Shown here piece by piece: positions 38,101 through 50,800 of a stretch of 64,000 nt of DNA (within the stretch, counting starts at the first letter, position 1; each line of letters starts with the position of its first letter). The DNA comes from Marsupella aquatica (lineage: Eukaryota > Plantae > Marchantiophyta): positions 14,539,037-14,603,036 of the forward strand of contig OZ316891.1 in the NCBI GenBank assembly GCA_973895155.1, in the 5' to 3' direction. Under the pieces are notes generated by a model, which made no database searches, had not been told where the DNA came from, and was given only the letters and a program-made list of their open reading frames with translations. Position numbers and translations under genes: made by a program.

Positions 38101-41100
38101 CCCACCCACCAAAAAGCCTCCTTTGGATGACGAACTTCCTATTCCCGAGGACAACATACTTGCTAGGAAAAGTGGTAAAGGAAAGAAAAAAGGGGCAGAG
38201 AAGGAGAAAAACGAGGCTGAAAAACAGCAGGAACAAGAAGCAAAATTAGAAAAAGATCCAAAGACAAAGGATGCAAAAACCAGTCAAGACACCAGACAAA
38301 ATGATAGCAAAAAGGATAAAAAGGCCGTATCATTTGCAGAGCACAATGACTTTGGTGTGTCAGTGACCAGCCCAACACCATCCGATCCAAATCTTCCTCC
38401 GGTTGCAACAGAACGTTGCCATGTACAATTGCCTAGTAAGAAAGTGGTAGAAATTTCTGATCCTGATAGTGGATCCTCCATCACAACACGGGAGGATCTT
38501 GTTGTAGTGATAAATACAAGCGACAACACAGTCCGTCTGGTGCAACATGCTGATGGAACTCACATTTACAGTGAAGTGAAGGAAGCTATTAACGAATACA
38601 ATCCATCTATGGGCCAGATAAGTCTTGAGCGGACAAAGGAGTTCAGCTCCTCTAACGAATTGAAGACTAGAAATCCACCTGTAGAAACAATGGAAAGTAT
38701 TTGCTCTCCAAGCATCAAGTCAGAGATAGCTCCCCCTCCCACCAGTTATATCACGAGAGGAGGTGTTCAAATTAGAGATGATAATGAACCAAATTCAGCT
38801 GCTGAGTGTGGTCAAAACACTAATTCAAGAGTACCATTAGCCACTCAAGGTTTTCATGCAGAAAAAAGAGTCTACTCTTCTCAATGGCACGTGAGAAAGG
38901 AGGGCTTCCCGTCTGTACAAGGCAACACAAATGGAGGAGTGGCGGTTGAATTTACCACCACAGATGGTCAATATTGTGTTACATGGTCCCGAGAAAGTGG
39001 GACCATTAGTGTATCGATGCCGAATGGTAGTATGATCTATTCATGTGGAAAACTAGTTAGCTTTGATCCCTCCGATGGTACAAAGAGGTCAGACCCTAAG
39101 CAATCTCTTCAACACCAGGCAATCGGGGGGCCTTTCTTCATCAACACCAATGGAATTTATGAATTTAATCTGGTAAGTAAGGTAAACTCCAAGGTTTTGG
39201 GCAGCTGCATATTAATTTGCCCTTAAATTGTTTGAATTGTGCTGGTATATGAACAATTAGAACCTAACTTTGGCAATATGGGTGTTGGAGCTCTTACCAT
39301 CATTATTGCAACTATAACCTGTAAAGTAAGGAAATTATGATATATATTTTTTTCATAACCTGTTAATCTAGCATTCAATAAACACTTGTCATCCGTAAGC
39401 ATTGTAATGCTAGAAGGTTGGTGATATTGAACTTTGACAGTACGTAACACTTTGGTCTCTTGTAAGCTGATGAGGAAATGAATATGGAAACAGGAGAGAG
39501 CAAACCTCACATTTACAGACAATTTTGGCAATGGTTTCCGGTCCAGTTGGGGATACAAAATTGACCTCATAACCAATGGGGTACTTCAAAAACCACCCAA
39601 ACTGGTGGACCCATCAATTGAAGTTTCAAAATCACCAGATGCTGAAGAAAACTCTATTGAAACCGATGGAAAGAAAAATGCTTCACTGAAAGCTGCCGCA
39701 ACTACAATCAACTCTGAAGTACCCACTGCCATCAACAACAATAAAGAAGCATCTAAAAATGGAACTGGTAGATCCAAAACTCTCCAAGTCCAGCCTGTTC
39801 GATCCAGCCAGGTTGGACCTCCACTATCACCTATTTCAGAGAGCCCCACATTTGATTCTAACGTTTCCTTGACTTCAGATCTTGGGCAAGTATCTGAAAG
39901 TGGTACTGTAGGTCAACAATCTTCTTTAAGCGATGATGAAGAGACAGATGAAACTGAGGAACCCATGTTAGGCCCTTCAGCTCGTCTTTTTGTTATACAT
40001 GAAGGAGGATTTGGTTTTGAGATAATTCATGAGAATGAGTTCAACAAGTATGCATCCTCAAAAAAATGGAACAAGGATTGTACCCACGTAAGAGAGGTAT
40101 ATGAAGAAGTAAGTGCTACTCTTCACACATTTGCAACGGTGGAACAAAAGACAAAGAAACTGGCAGAGGTCTTTGCGCAAGCTCGGGAGGGCTGCAGAGC
40201 TCCTGATGTTCTCAAACTTTGGACAACAAAAGTTTCTGAGTTTGCAAGACGGATCAAGTTGAGAGCTATCCAAACAAAAATGCATAAGAGGACCAAATGT
40301 GACTGGCTTCAAATCAATTTGAACCTTCCGTACTTGCCTAGGGTTGTTGCCCCACACTTGCTTCCTGTCTTACCCCTTAGCAATGTGACTAAAGTGGTGT
40401 TTTGCCAGATTTTTGAATATCCATCATTTGACGATGAGCAGATTCCAAGAATGGACAAAATTCTTGAAAGGTACAATAAATGGCAAGAAAGTGCAATGAT
40501 TCTTACAGATGTTGAACAAAATCCCGACATGAGGACGGAGGAAGAGATCAAACAAGCACTAGATGTTGCGAACACAATCAGAGAGGTAGACTTGATGTGC
40601 TTTGATGATTAACATGGACAACATTTTGACTTCACTTCCATTCTACCTATTTTCAAGAAATGGCATTCCTTGTTGTAAGGATGAGAAGCTTTCATGATTA
40701 CAGAAGTTTGCATCCAACTTAAAGATACTTTAGGTTCGTGCAGAGAAAAAGCTACACGAAGCAAGGGACCGTGCGGCAGTCGAGGTTCAGCATGCTAAAG
40801 AGATTTTCAGGGAGATGATGAACGCAGAAACTGAGAGACTTCAAAAGTTTGAGGAGAGTAAGAACGAACTAAGGAAAAAAGGGGAGAACGATTGGCTCGA
40901 ATATAAAGAAAGTAAAAAGGGCCCTCTTCCCTGTTTACACAAGCCCTATGACATTCTGCAGATCAAAGGACCTTATAGACCTGATGCTCATGTGCGATTG
41001 TGTTACTTTGAATGCGAAGAGGGACTACGATACATCATCAGCCTCCAAGTAAGAATTCTATAGATCACTCTATACCGAGTTTGGTGCAGCTTGAGTTCTC

Positions 41101-44100
41101 TTTGCTCAGAACTGGTCAAGCAAGGTCCAGAGCTAAGTTAGTAGCACCTTCCTAGATTTTTCAAAACTAAGCAAATAGCACTCGCCAAAATACTACATTA
41201 AGTTTCCTGGAGGTGGAAAAAACAGGGGGAACAACATGGTGTAGCTCTGTGAGACCTTGATATATGTCAGTGCATGTTGCCATGTTTCAATCTACCAATT
41301 AATGTGACCTAGACTTCTCGGGTTTCATTTACTTGCGCCACCATCGATAGGAAGTACAACTTTGCTAGACAGACTCTGACTTTAGGCCATAGAGTGTTTT
41401 GTAACTTCAGACTCACAGGCCTCTGTGTGTGCACAGTATCAGCGGTGGCAACAGTATCCAGACAATCCAAGAACGTGGTCTGTGGAAGCACTGCCACCTT
41501 TCTCTTACTCGTATCAAGGATCAAGCGCCTCCCAAACTTCTGGAGAACAAGTATGAAACTCTCAAAATGCTTAATGATCTACTTTGATTTCCTGTTGAAG
41601 ATCCTGTCAAGCCCCAAAAGTTTCTTTTTTAGCGAAACCCTTCTTGTGCAGATAAAATTATCAGAAACTTCTAGTCATTGGACATTGCTCACCAATTTCT
41701 AATGGAGTGCTTGCCTGGGTGGTTGGTGCAGGATGGAGCCAACAGTGTTTATGAAGTTCCATGCATCACTCCAAAGTTTAAGGAAGAGATTGTGCCAGAA
41801 GAGACACCGTGTTTGCTTTCTGAATGGATGAGGGAGGTATGAACATCAATTTTCTAGATTATTGTACTGTCCTTCAAACAAAAGTTGACAAAAAACTAAA
41901 ATATAAGCCCAGTTGGTACCTTCTTCCCAAGCTTTTTGACCGCTTCACATCTTGCTTCAGCCCAATGTTGCGCACCCATTCCCAATCTCTTGTTCCCACC
42001 TGCTGTTTCTCTAGGACCTTCTCTGGCATGCTGTCTTCTACCTGTTCTGCCCCGAGGTTCAATTCTTTGAATTTGCCCATTGTCATCCATTGTTTTTTTC
42101 TTTCAGCTGCTGCTATTCTATATTCAGTCCACGTTCACATTCAGCCCAAAGGGTGTTTTCCTTTGTAGTGCTTTGGCATGGGAGTCCTCTAACCGTAATC
42201 TTTCTGCCTCTAATGCATCTGCTTCCTTTTGTGTGAATGTCAGCTCGTCATTCTTCTTGGCCATCTCCCAATTCTCCTTCATCTCACGCCATCTCTCAAT
42301 TATTCTGCTCAAATTGACTCTGCGGTTCCTTTCTTTGTATTTCACGTCTTTAATCTCATTGAATTTCCCATAGAAACATGATTAATTTCTGTCTCCAGCT
42401 TCCTCACAATATCATCCATTAATTACTCTGCTTTAGTTTCCCAAATTTCAACCTCCATGGAGGCATCCGTGGACTTGTTGACAAACTAATGAAAATGCCA
42501 TGCTAATTAAGCAACCTGGAAACCAGTTAGTGATAATAGATGAAAACCTTGTTGGGCATCTTGTCTTGGTCCCCAAAATACAGGGGTAGGACTTGGTCAC
42601 TACAGTACATGGAAGCTCGCAACTACAAGATAGAGTAGGGGGTCGTAAACCTCAAAATCTGATGGATTTTAAGTTAGTAGTTAAGGTTACATACAGAAAA
42701 CTTTATGTGACTACCAAATTCATGATCCATAACTCTCTGCCATAAAGATTGGTCATATGCTATGACCATAAGTCATTGTAAAGGCTAGTGGAAAAAAATC
42801 CTTAAACATAACCCTGTGAAAAAGTTATGGCCATTGGTTTATGGCCACAAGCCAACATCCATAACTGTGAAGTTTTTAGACGCCCTAGTAGAGGTTGTGT
42901 AAGAAAGGATGCTTTGGATAGTGAGACTCTCTGCCTTTTGTATGTAGTTTTAGGGACATGGGGTGGCATGTTCTGAACTTGCCCTTGCCTTAATGCTTTG
43001 TCAACAATAATTTATTTTTGTTTTGCAGCTGGAGAAGAAACCTGAAGAGATTGAAGAGGATGATGAGGTTCATTCTTGCCTGCCCAATAACACTTAAAAT
43101 TGGAGTTAATTTGGTAAGAGTAAATGGACAATGCATATAACAGGAGAACCAGAAAAAGCTGGTTGAAAGTTCCTATGAGTCATTTAGTCTGCGTTTTGTT
43201 TACTTTTACCCTTTCGTTTGGTTGACCATTCCCGGCCTTTTCCTATTTCTAGTTTGCAGCTTTGTGCAATTTTAGTTTTGGCATATCTGATGTTTGTGGT
43301 TTCATTTCTTTACGGCTTCTGTTAGTGGTGTATTGATCACATTTGCTTTCCTTTACCTTTTCAACCCTGTCAATTACAATTTCATTTATGTCTTTACTTT
43401 TTTGGTCATGACAAAGCCATCCATCCCTACACGTTTGTTTAATTGCCCATATATTATATTATTGGTCCCATACCAATGAGTCTCGGTCCATGGACCATGG
43501 ACATTTGGGTAAATGAACACAAACTTGAAATCAGAGGGATTTTTGCTCCTATTCATGGTCTACACTGCACAATTTACTACACATTGTTCATTTGGGTGCA
43601 CATATCAATATACAACTATCCTGCAGTTTGCCTCTCCACTTATACTCTATGGCACACAGAGATGTGTGAAAACTTCTACCCATAGAATGGTTCCGTATTA
43701 AATCTAATTATTGCATTTCTTGAATTTTTTTATGTCTTCCTAGTTCTCTAGAAATTTCTTGGGTCCTCAAAAGGATCACCTATGGGATAGAGTTACTCCT
43801 TCAGAAAATCATTTTCCACAGGAGAGGTGATGACAAACATGGACAGAAAATGGGGTAGCATTATCTAGAAAATCCACTGGGGGCTGTTCACACTGGGAAC
43901 AAAGAACCACTGAGATGAGAGTAAATTGGTGTGAAGATCTGATTTGAATTGCTTCTGGAGCAGGGGAAAATGTGTTGGGAGTTGATCAAGCCAGAGAGAA
44001 AGGAACTAGGTCCAGCAGACTGGACACCTTGCTTTCTCGTTGGGTTCGATGAGGTAATACTTGGCTTTCAAGAACAATCAATGAGCAATCGGTCTCTCTA

Positions 44101-47100
44101 CCAGAAGTACAATAGATTCAACTCAGCATAAATGATCTGGCCAATTCCAAGGTGTGCTGATTTCCAAAACCAAATCAACATGCCCCACGAAAACTCTGCT
44201 CCAGATCCCCTCGCTTGGTTTAACTTGTGATGTTTGGCAAATGCGACTGGTAAATGCAATTAAATGGCTTTCTTTCAGGATTTTCAGTGCTTGTGATTCT
44301 GTACAGAAATGTGAGGAAACAGATGAGCATCCTCTCATTGATATTCCTGAGACAACGGAGACCCATTTAGCTGCTACTGTGGAGGAAGTCGTCGTAGAAC
44401 CAGATGTGGTAGAGGAGGTACATCTGGACTGGCACATCTTAAGAGATTGTACTTGTTTTTTTACTGTTCCGTCCAAAACGAGCCAGGGAGAAACTGAATG
44501 ATTTAGACTGAATCCTAATATTAAAAACAAACAGTTGTGAAAGGAAGTTTGCTGAGTATTGATGGAAAGATCAATGCCTTTTCAATTTCAGATAGCCCCC
44601 AACATGTCTCTTAAAATTAGTTCCTGAAGGTGCATTTTCATTGCCTCTTCTGGCTCTAAGATTACTACAGTTATGAGATATAGCCCTTCTCCACAATGAG
44701 TCAGGACAAGCTGAATCTTCGAAGGAGGTGCTCCAACTTGTTCTTGCTTCGCATGGGTTGGAATTGAGTCCTTTTCTGAAAATTTCCTATTCCACAGAAG
44801 GTTGGAAAACGTTGTTTCCTGTTGAGGTTTACCATATAGACCAATGTGATCCAGTCAATTGGCTTATGCTTTTGATTTCTGAACTTCATGCAATTAACAG
44901 AGGTTTGTTGAAAGAACAAGAATTCAATTATTGATACTTGGACAACATGGTGATCGTAAGCAGATAGGTGCATTGATTCCATTGCCAAATCTTCCACCTA
45001 TTTGGAGCATTCCAACTGGCGAGGAGTGGGAAATCAATCATGAAGCAGTGCAACGTCAATCGGAGCTGATCCCTAATTTCCCTGGGTAATGCTACGCTAC
45101 CTCGAGACTTCTTGTTTGCCTAAATCAGAATTGTAGTTGTGAGCTTTCCAGATTGTAGAGAGGGACCATCTAAGCATTGTATAGGCAAAGCATCGATTCT
45201 GAGAACATAGCGGTATTACAAGATGCATTAGGAAGCACGAAGCATCACCCCCCTACAAATCGGCCATGGCCCACTGAGACAAATAAAAACTGTACTATCA
45301 TTCAATTCGCTTATGAGGGACTAGTGCATATATCCTCAAAAGTGAGCAACTACAATTTGGATATATCACTTAGAGGATCACATTGACAAAGCCTCAGATT
45401 GGAACTTTAGTCTTGAGCTGGCAAAGCATTTACGGCGCATTGTGTTGTTCGGTCCAAAGAGCAGCATTGCTGGTGATGTCTTTGGGAGGGATGCAAAGTA
45501 CAGTACAGTCTTGCACAAATACCCCACTCATTACAGCAACATGATCCACTGAAGTGTTTTTTAATTTTATTCCATGCAGCTGGCGCAAAGCTGGTTGGCG
45601 CAAGAACAAGAAATATCTCGATGTCAATTCGCGGACGTTACTTGGTGCGAACATCTCATCTATTGGAACTCTCCGTAACAGGGCACGGCCACCAAAAGAC
45701 TGGTCACGTCAATTCTTGGTCGTGCCAGATTTTCTGGACTTTGGGACAGTTGAGTATGGTACCATTTCCATGAAGGTACGTCCAATAGTTTGTTTGAGCC
45801 ATTTTCTTATCTGGTCTGTACCTTCAACTGGAAAAAAAACGGATTGCTACATTTCTTCCTCAGCAACAACAGATCCCACTTGAAATTTCACCCATAGATG
45901 AAACATGCGTGAAAGGACACCAGTACTTAGGATAACAAAGTATGACCGTTACCCCTCCCCAGATCTTGTCATTGTTGTTGTTTTTAAATTCCTGAAACAC
46001 ATACGGCTAGACTGTAATAATCAAAATTTGGTGTTAATAAACTGTTCAGTTCGAGGACAACATCGAGTGTTTCTCTATTTTGAGTGAAAAGTTTTCTGTC
46101 GCTCACCGTTCTGAAGTTTACCTGTACTCTAGAAAAAAAACTCAAAAATTCCAGATTCTTCCAACCTGTGCGTGGAGAAACTCAAAAGAACCTTCATAAG
46201 CACCATTCCCAAGCCAAATCCCATTTGTATTAGAGTTTACTGTTTTGAGACTTGCTGTTGGGCTTGACTTTGTTTGCATGTTCTGTTGGAAATAGGTCCT
46301 TTTTTTGCAGAATTATCATGGTACTGAGCCAGGACGATTCAGGTTCGAGAATCTAGGCCCAAGTGTCAAAGTCCTATGTGAATTGGGCATGGTAAGTAAA
46401 ACTCCCGACACGAATGTCTCCAACCCTGCTACACACGAGGAAAAAATGCGGTTGATTGTACTATATTAACTTTATCCCCTCATGAGCTGCACAATTTTCA
46501 CCGCTGCTACCACCATACCTACTTTGTCTCACCTTTGTGACCATCATTGGTCTTACCGACATGCTTCCTCGTACGTTTCCAGTGACACTACACACACGAG
46601 TTACTACCACCTTTGTCTCACCTTGGTAACCATCATTGGTCTTACCGACATGCATCCCTCGTACGTTTCCAGTGACCAGTGACACACACGAGTTAAAGTA
46701 TGAGCTGGGGAGTCTCAAGCCCACAACGAGATTAAGCGTAGCTCATGTGAATACCAATAGGGCTAGTGCTCGGGGTGGAAATCATGAATCACTGATAGTC
46801 CGGAATGACTAAGGGTCTAAAAGAGTCGAATTGTCTAATACGTTTTTGCAAACATGACGAGGCAACCTGGACGTACGGAATACAAACACCTCACTCATCG
46901 AAATTGCCTCCCTGTGCTTTTGCAGGTCCCTCCCGGATTGACTAGAGCCGCTAGAATATTCTTTCGAGCCTCTGCTCTCGGTGAATTTAGCCGCGAGGTG
47001 AGAATGTTCCCTAGATTCGGGTTCTGATGAAGTTGATATGCAGGTTCGTTATTGCTGTTGTGTGAAACTGACTGCAGTTTACGTTGTGCAGATCAGAATT

Positions 47101-47175
47101 TTGACTCAGTATGATGTCTTCGAGGTCCCAATCTTTGGAGAGGTTGTATGCCCTGAGGGCTATCGTGCACCCTGA
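26101..47175 (+). CDS. SPAG17: Sperm-associated antigen 17 / Chlamydomonas PF6-like axonemal central-pair protein (multi-exon, >20 exons; model approximate)
   Basis: Lys/Glu-rich exons at 26101, 29082, 30042, 30408, 34416, about 36449/36521, 38099, 39497 and 40735. SPAG17-type blocks: SYYNHLLNEFPQGLVTVPIIVHCLLEQVA, VSRCILPSGTVVSYKENGSSQILCNNGNVS, DPDSGSSITTREDLVVVI...LVQHADGTHIYS, ARLFVIHEGGFGFEII. The C-terminal PapD-like/ASH domain is spliced from 45580-45775, 46296-46391, 46926-46997 and 47092-47175 (FLVVPDFLDFGTV...VPPGLTRAARIFF...FEVPIFGEV). Several internal exon boundaries are uncertain. Confidence 0.8.
46520..46695. repeat. ~89-bp tandem duplication in a SPAG17 intron
   Basis: CTTTGTCTCACCTT.GT.ACCATCATTGGTCTTACCGACATGC...CCTCGTACGTTTCCAGTGAC...ACACACGAGTTA occurs twice. 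Confidence 0.85.
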
Positions 47176-47856
47176 CGACTGACGTGGGAATTTCCTTGCG
47201 TAGTCTCGTGCAACTGTCTAGTAAAATATTGAGGATATAGAATGTGAAGGTTCGAGCCAGAGGAAGCTCATTTATCTCTACGGTGGTCATCATGAAGAAG
47301 CATTTTTGTAAAGCGAGTGTCACAATTTAGGGCCAATCTGAATTTTGCCGCCATGTTTGGTATCGCCGTTAGTTCATTTAAGCCCCTGAAGTATTCTCAT
47401 AATTGGTCGTTGCAAACTGACCTAGAGGAAGCCAAGCAATGTTTCTGTCAATGAGCAAACGAGCATTACTTAATGCTCTGGCATGTTTGCTGACCCTCAT
47501 GTGGATGCTTTCTGAACCCTGAATTGAAATTGAATGCCTTCTTGTAACTAAGAATATCATGGTTCATAGGTTATAGCACGTAACATATTAAATAATTTAT
47601 TACATTCTATAACGATAGCTGAAAACCAAATAAACATTAATTGCAAGAATCATGGAAGAATCTTGGTAAAAAAATAATTCTTGCATGCTACTACTCTTCC
47701 AGACAATGAGTTATGACCTAAACTAACAGTTTAATCATAACCGGCAACGCCTTAGATCCATCCAATTGATGTGATCTACATTAATCGTGGCTCGTCGTGA
47801 TATAACCCACGATCAATTGTTACACAGTGATGAGATGCACTCCCTGGATATACCCT

Positions 47857-50800
47857 TTAGTAGTACATCTCTCCCATAATAAGAACTACCAAGGCTGACC
47901 ATCCTGTAAATGGATGAGCACCCTGCCCTTTACCCTGAGCCGCGTTATCATAGTTTTCCCATATATATCCAGTTTCATGAAACCGTTGTACAATGTTCCT
48001 GAATCCAATCCACCATCCCAATCAGTTCACAAAGCAATCCTTCCTAGAAAACACTCAATCAAATTCACTCAAAATGCCAATGCACTAGTGTTCGTCAATG
48101 TTCACCACAATCCCAATCAGTTCACAAAACAATCCTTCCTAGAGGAAACTCAATAAAATTCACTCAAAATGCCAATGCACCAGTGTTCTTCAGTGGTCAG
48201 GCATCAAGAATCTCAACGGGAAGACACATGAGTCGAGATCCTCGGGAAAAGCACCTCACGAGGTTTTGTCGGAATCTTTGGTACAAAGCTGCTGCCCGCC
48301 CACTAAAAGGCCCGGAATCTGTTTCCGCATATACTCAAAAAATCAAAATTTACCGGAGTTGAACATAATCCAGCACAAATAGCGTCACCTTCAACCCAAG
48401 CGAAAAAGTATACTACCAAGATATCACGGAGATCAAGCAGAGTCGACGCACGCTAACGAACGAAAAACGCCCAAAACTGCTGTTGCCAAACTCCAAGGTC
48501 ATGCGCACGAATCAAGTTACAGTAAGAGAGGCTGGAGATAACATACTATGGGCATAATAATGCAGGGCAGAGAGCACAAGATAGTTTATGTTTATCCAAA
48601 CTGGGCCTCTCCAGTATGGAGCCTCAAACTCCGAGTTGTATTTCATGTATATGGAGCTGCAAAAAGACCCACCAATTTTCAGTGATTCATTGACACTCTG
48701 AAAATTTGAGTTTGAAGTGACCACTTGCAGATTGCAATTCTTCTAGAATCATTTCCGAAGCGAACAATTTACGATTTCACTTCTCTGATCACACACCTAG
48801 TAGTTGCTAACGAGCGTAGACCAAAATCAGTCCACAATAAATCAGGGGTTCCCAGCATCTCCAAATGGTCGCCTAGAATAGAAGAATCCTGGAAGCAACA
48901 TTGTACTTCAATCAAATTAGTCCACGAAGGGGTCATAAATCTACCTTCTCTGTCTGAAAAAGGGAAGTTCAGTAAGGGCTAGCTAGCAGATTTTCTCCTA
49001 GATTAAAGAAATGTAAAATTACCCGAGGGAGTAATCGCATGAGGAAGGGGAATAAGCTGTTCAACCCAAATTGTGGAATCCAACCCAATTTAGGAGCTTC
49101 CAGTACCACTCTCCGTAGCACTCTCTGTGCGAGACCTGTCTCCTGATCCTCAATATCCTTCCACCTCATCTCGACCTGCCATAATCCAAAAAATGGCTCT
49201 AAGGGAGTCCAAAGACACGTAAATGTAACAGCATTCTCGTGACATTAGGTACTTCAATTGTTCGCTCACTTTCAGAGCCAATTTAAGAGAGGAATACTTG
49301 TGAAACAGGGAAGTGCCACGCTAATGCGTCTACAAAACACAACAGGTCCAGCTTCTGAACGTACAACCAACATATCGAGGTCCTATTTGCAACAGTATCA
49401 TGTTCTGAAGAGATCTGTACTGAATGTAAGCGTTTTGCACCTTCTCAGAGTGATATCCATAGTCGAGGTAACTACCAGTCTCCTTGTCATAATGAAGCTA
49501 CACCCACATAAACAGTTAGGATGGTGTAGATTGCACGAAGCCCTACAACAATTTAGTGTTAAGTTAAACTATTAGGACAAACCGTACCAGACCTTACTTG
49601 GGTGAGATTCTTGGGTAAGTTGTCCGAGAAGTTATACAAAGTTGGCCTTCTTACAACAACACCATGTGAGAAACTGAAAAAAGCCGAATATTGAAACAGA
49701 GTTTGTACCTCATTGAGTCGTGTCAGATCTGACAATTCCTGGAAAATCTTGTCGTATCTCTGATCACATGGAGAAACCGGGTTGCCCAGTATAAAGTGTC
49801 ATTCAAACCAAAAGCAGAGACCTGTCCAACCAGGGTACTCCTAATCGAAACAAGCAACCTAATCGGTACCGTAAATCTTTGTCGTTATAAAAAACAGTCA
49901 GGCATTTATTGAAAACGAAAACGAAAAATCGATTTGATTATTGATATCTTACTTCAGTTGGCGCATCAATTACTCGAGCAAACAAGGACATGCAATGGGC
50001 TGCGTGTGCAATCCAACAACGAAGATCCACATGCCGCTCATCATCAGTTGGATGAGAAGCGCGAGGATAATCATCCAACCCTGAAGTCAAAGTCTTCAAA
50101 CAATTCAACTAGCTTCAGAATCGTGAAGAATATCCCAGGCTACTGTCTACCCTATCAAAATAGAAAGCACGGCTGCCTAAAAGTAGAAAACAATCCCCAA
50201 TCCCCAGCATCCATTTCTTCATGGCTAGCAGAACATGCAGCTGCTATCCTGCCCGGAGACATAACATCATGAGCACCCTCCGTAAACGTTTTTATACCAC
50301 AACTGTCAATGTACACATACAATGCAAGTCATCTGCTTACCTTGGGATTCAGTTCAACATCTGTTTCAGCATCTCGTCCGTGCCAGTAGTATGAACCTGG
50401 CTCCTTACCTACAATGGTTTTCCAATAATCAGCAAGCAATCAATAAAACTGACATTGAAACTGACATTGAAACGAAAGACCAGTAAGAACAGTCGGGCAT
50501 CATCCATCTGTCAAAATCTTGCAGTATGACAATCCCAGATCTAACCCTCGTCAATATAGCATAACCTGTGAAACAAGACCAATAAAACCTACCAGTTTGG
50601 CTTGTGAGGAACCAGTTGAACCAGACTTCAAGTCTCGGGAAGATAGTCTTGAAGAAATCGGTATCTTCGTCTGTTGCCCGACCCCTCGTTTTATCCGCTT
50701 CAAAGTTTTTGGCAAGAACTGGTGACAGACAATCGAAAGCAGATGTCTTACTTTATGAATTCTAACAATGCAGAGATGAAGCAGAATCACGAACGATATG

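Noticed and set aside
29147-40575. Many Phe/Ser/Leu-rich minus-strand ORFs
   Set aside because: They are antisense shadows of Lys/Glu-rich SPAG17 exons.
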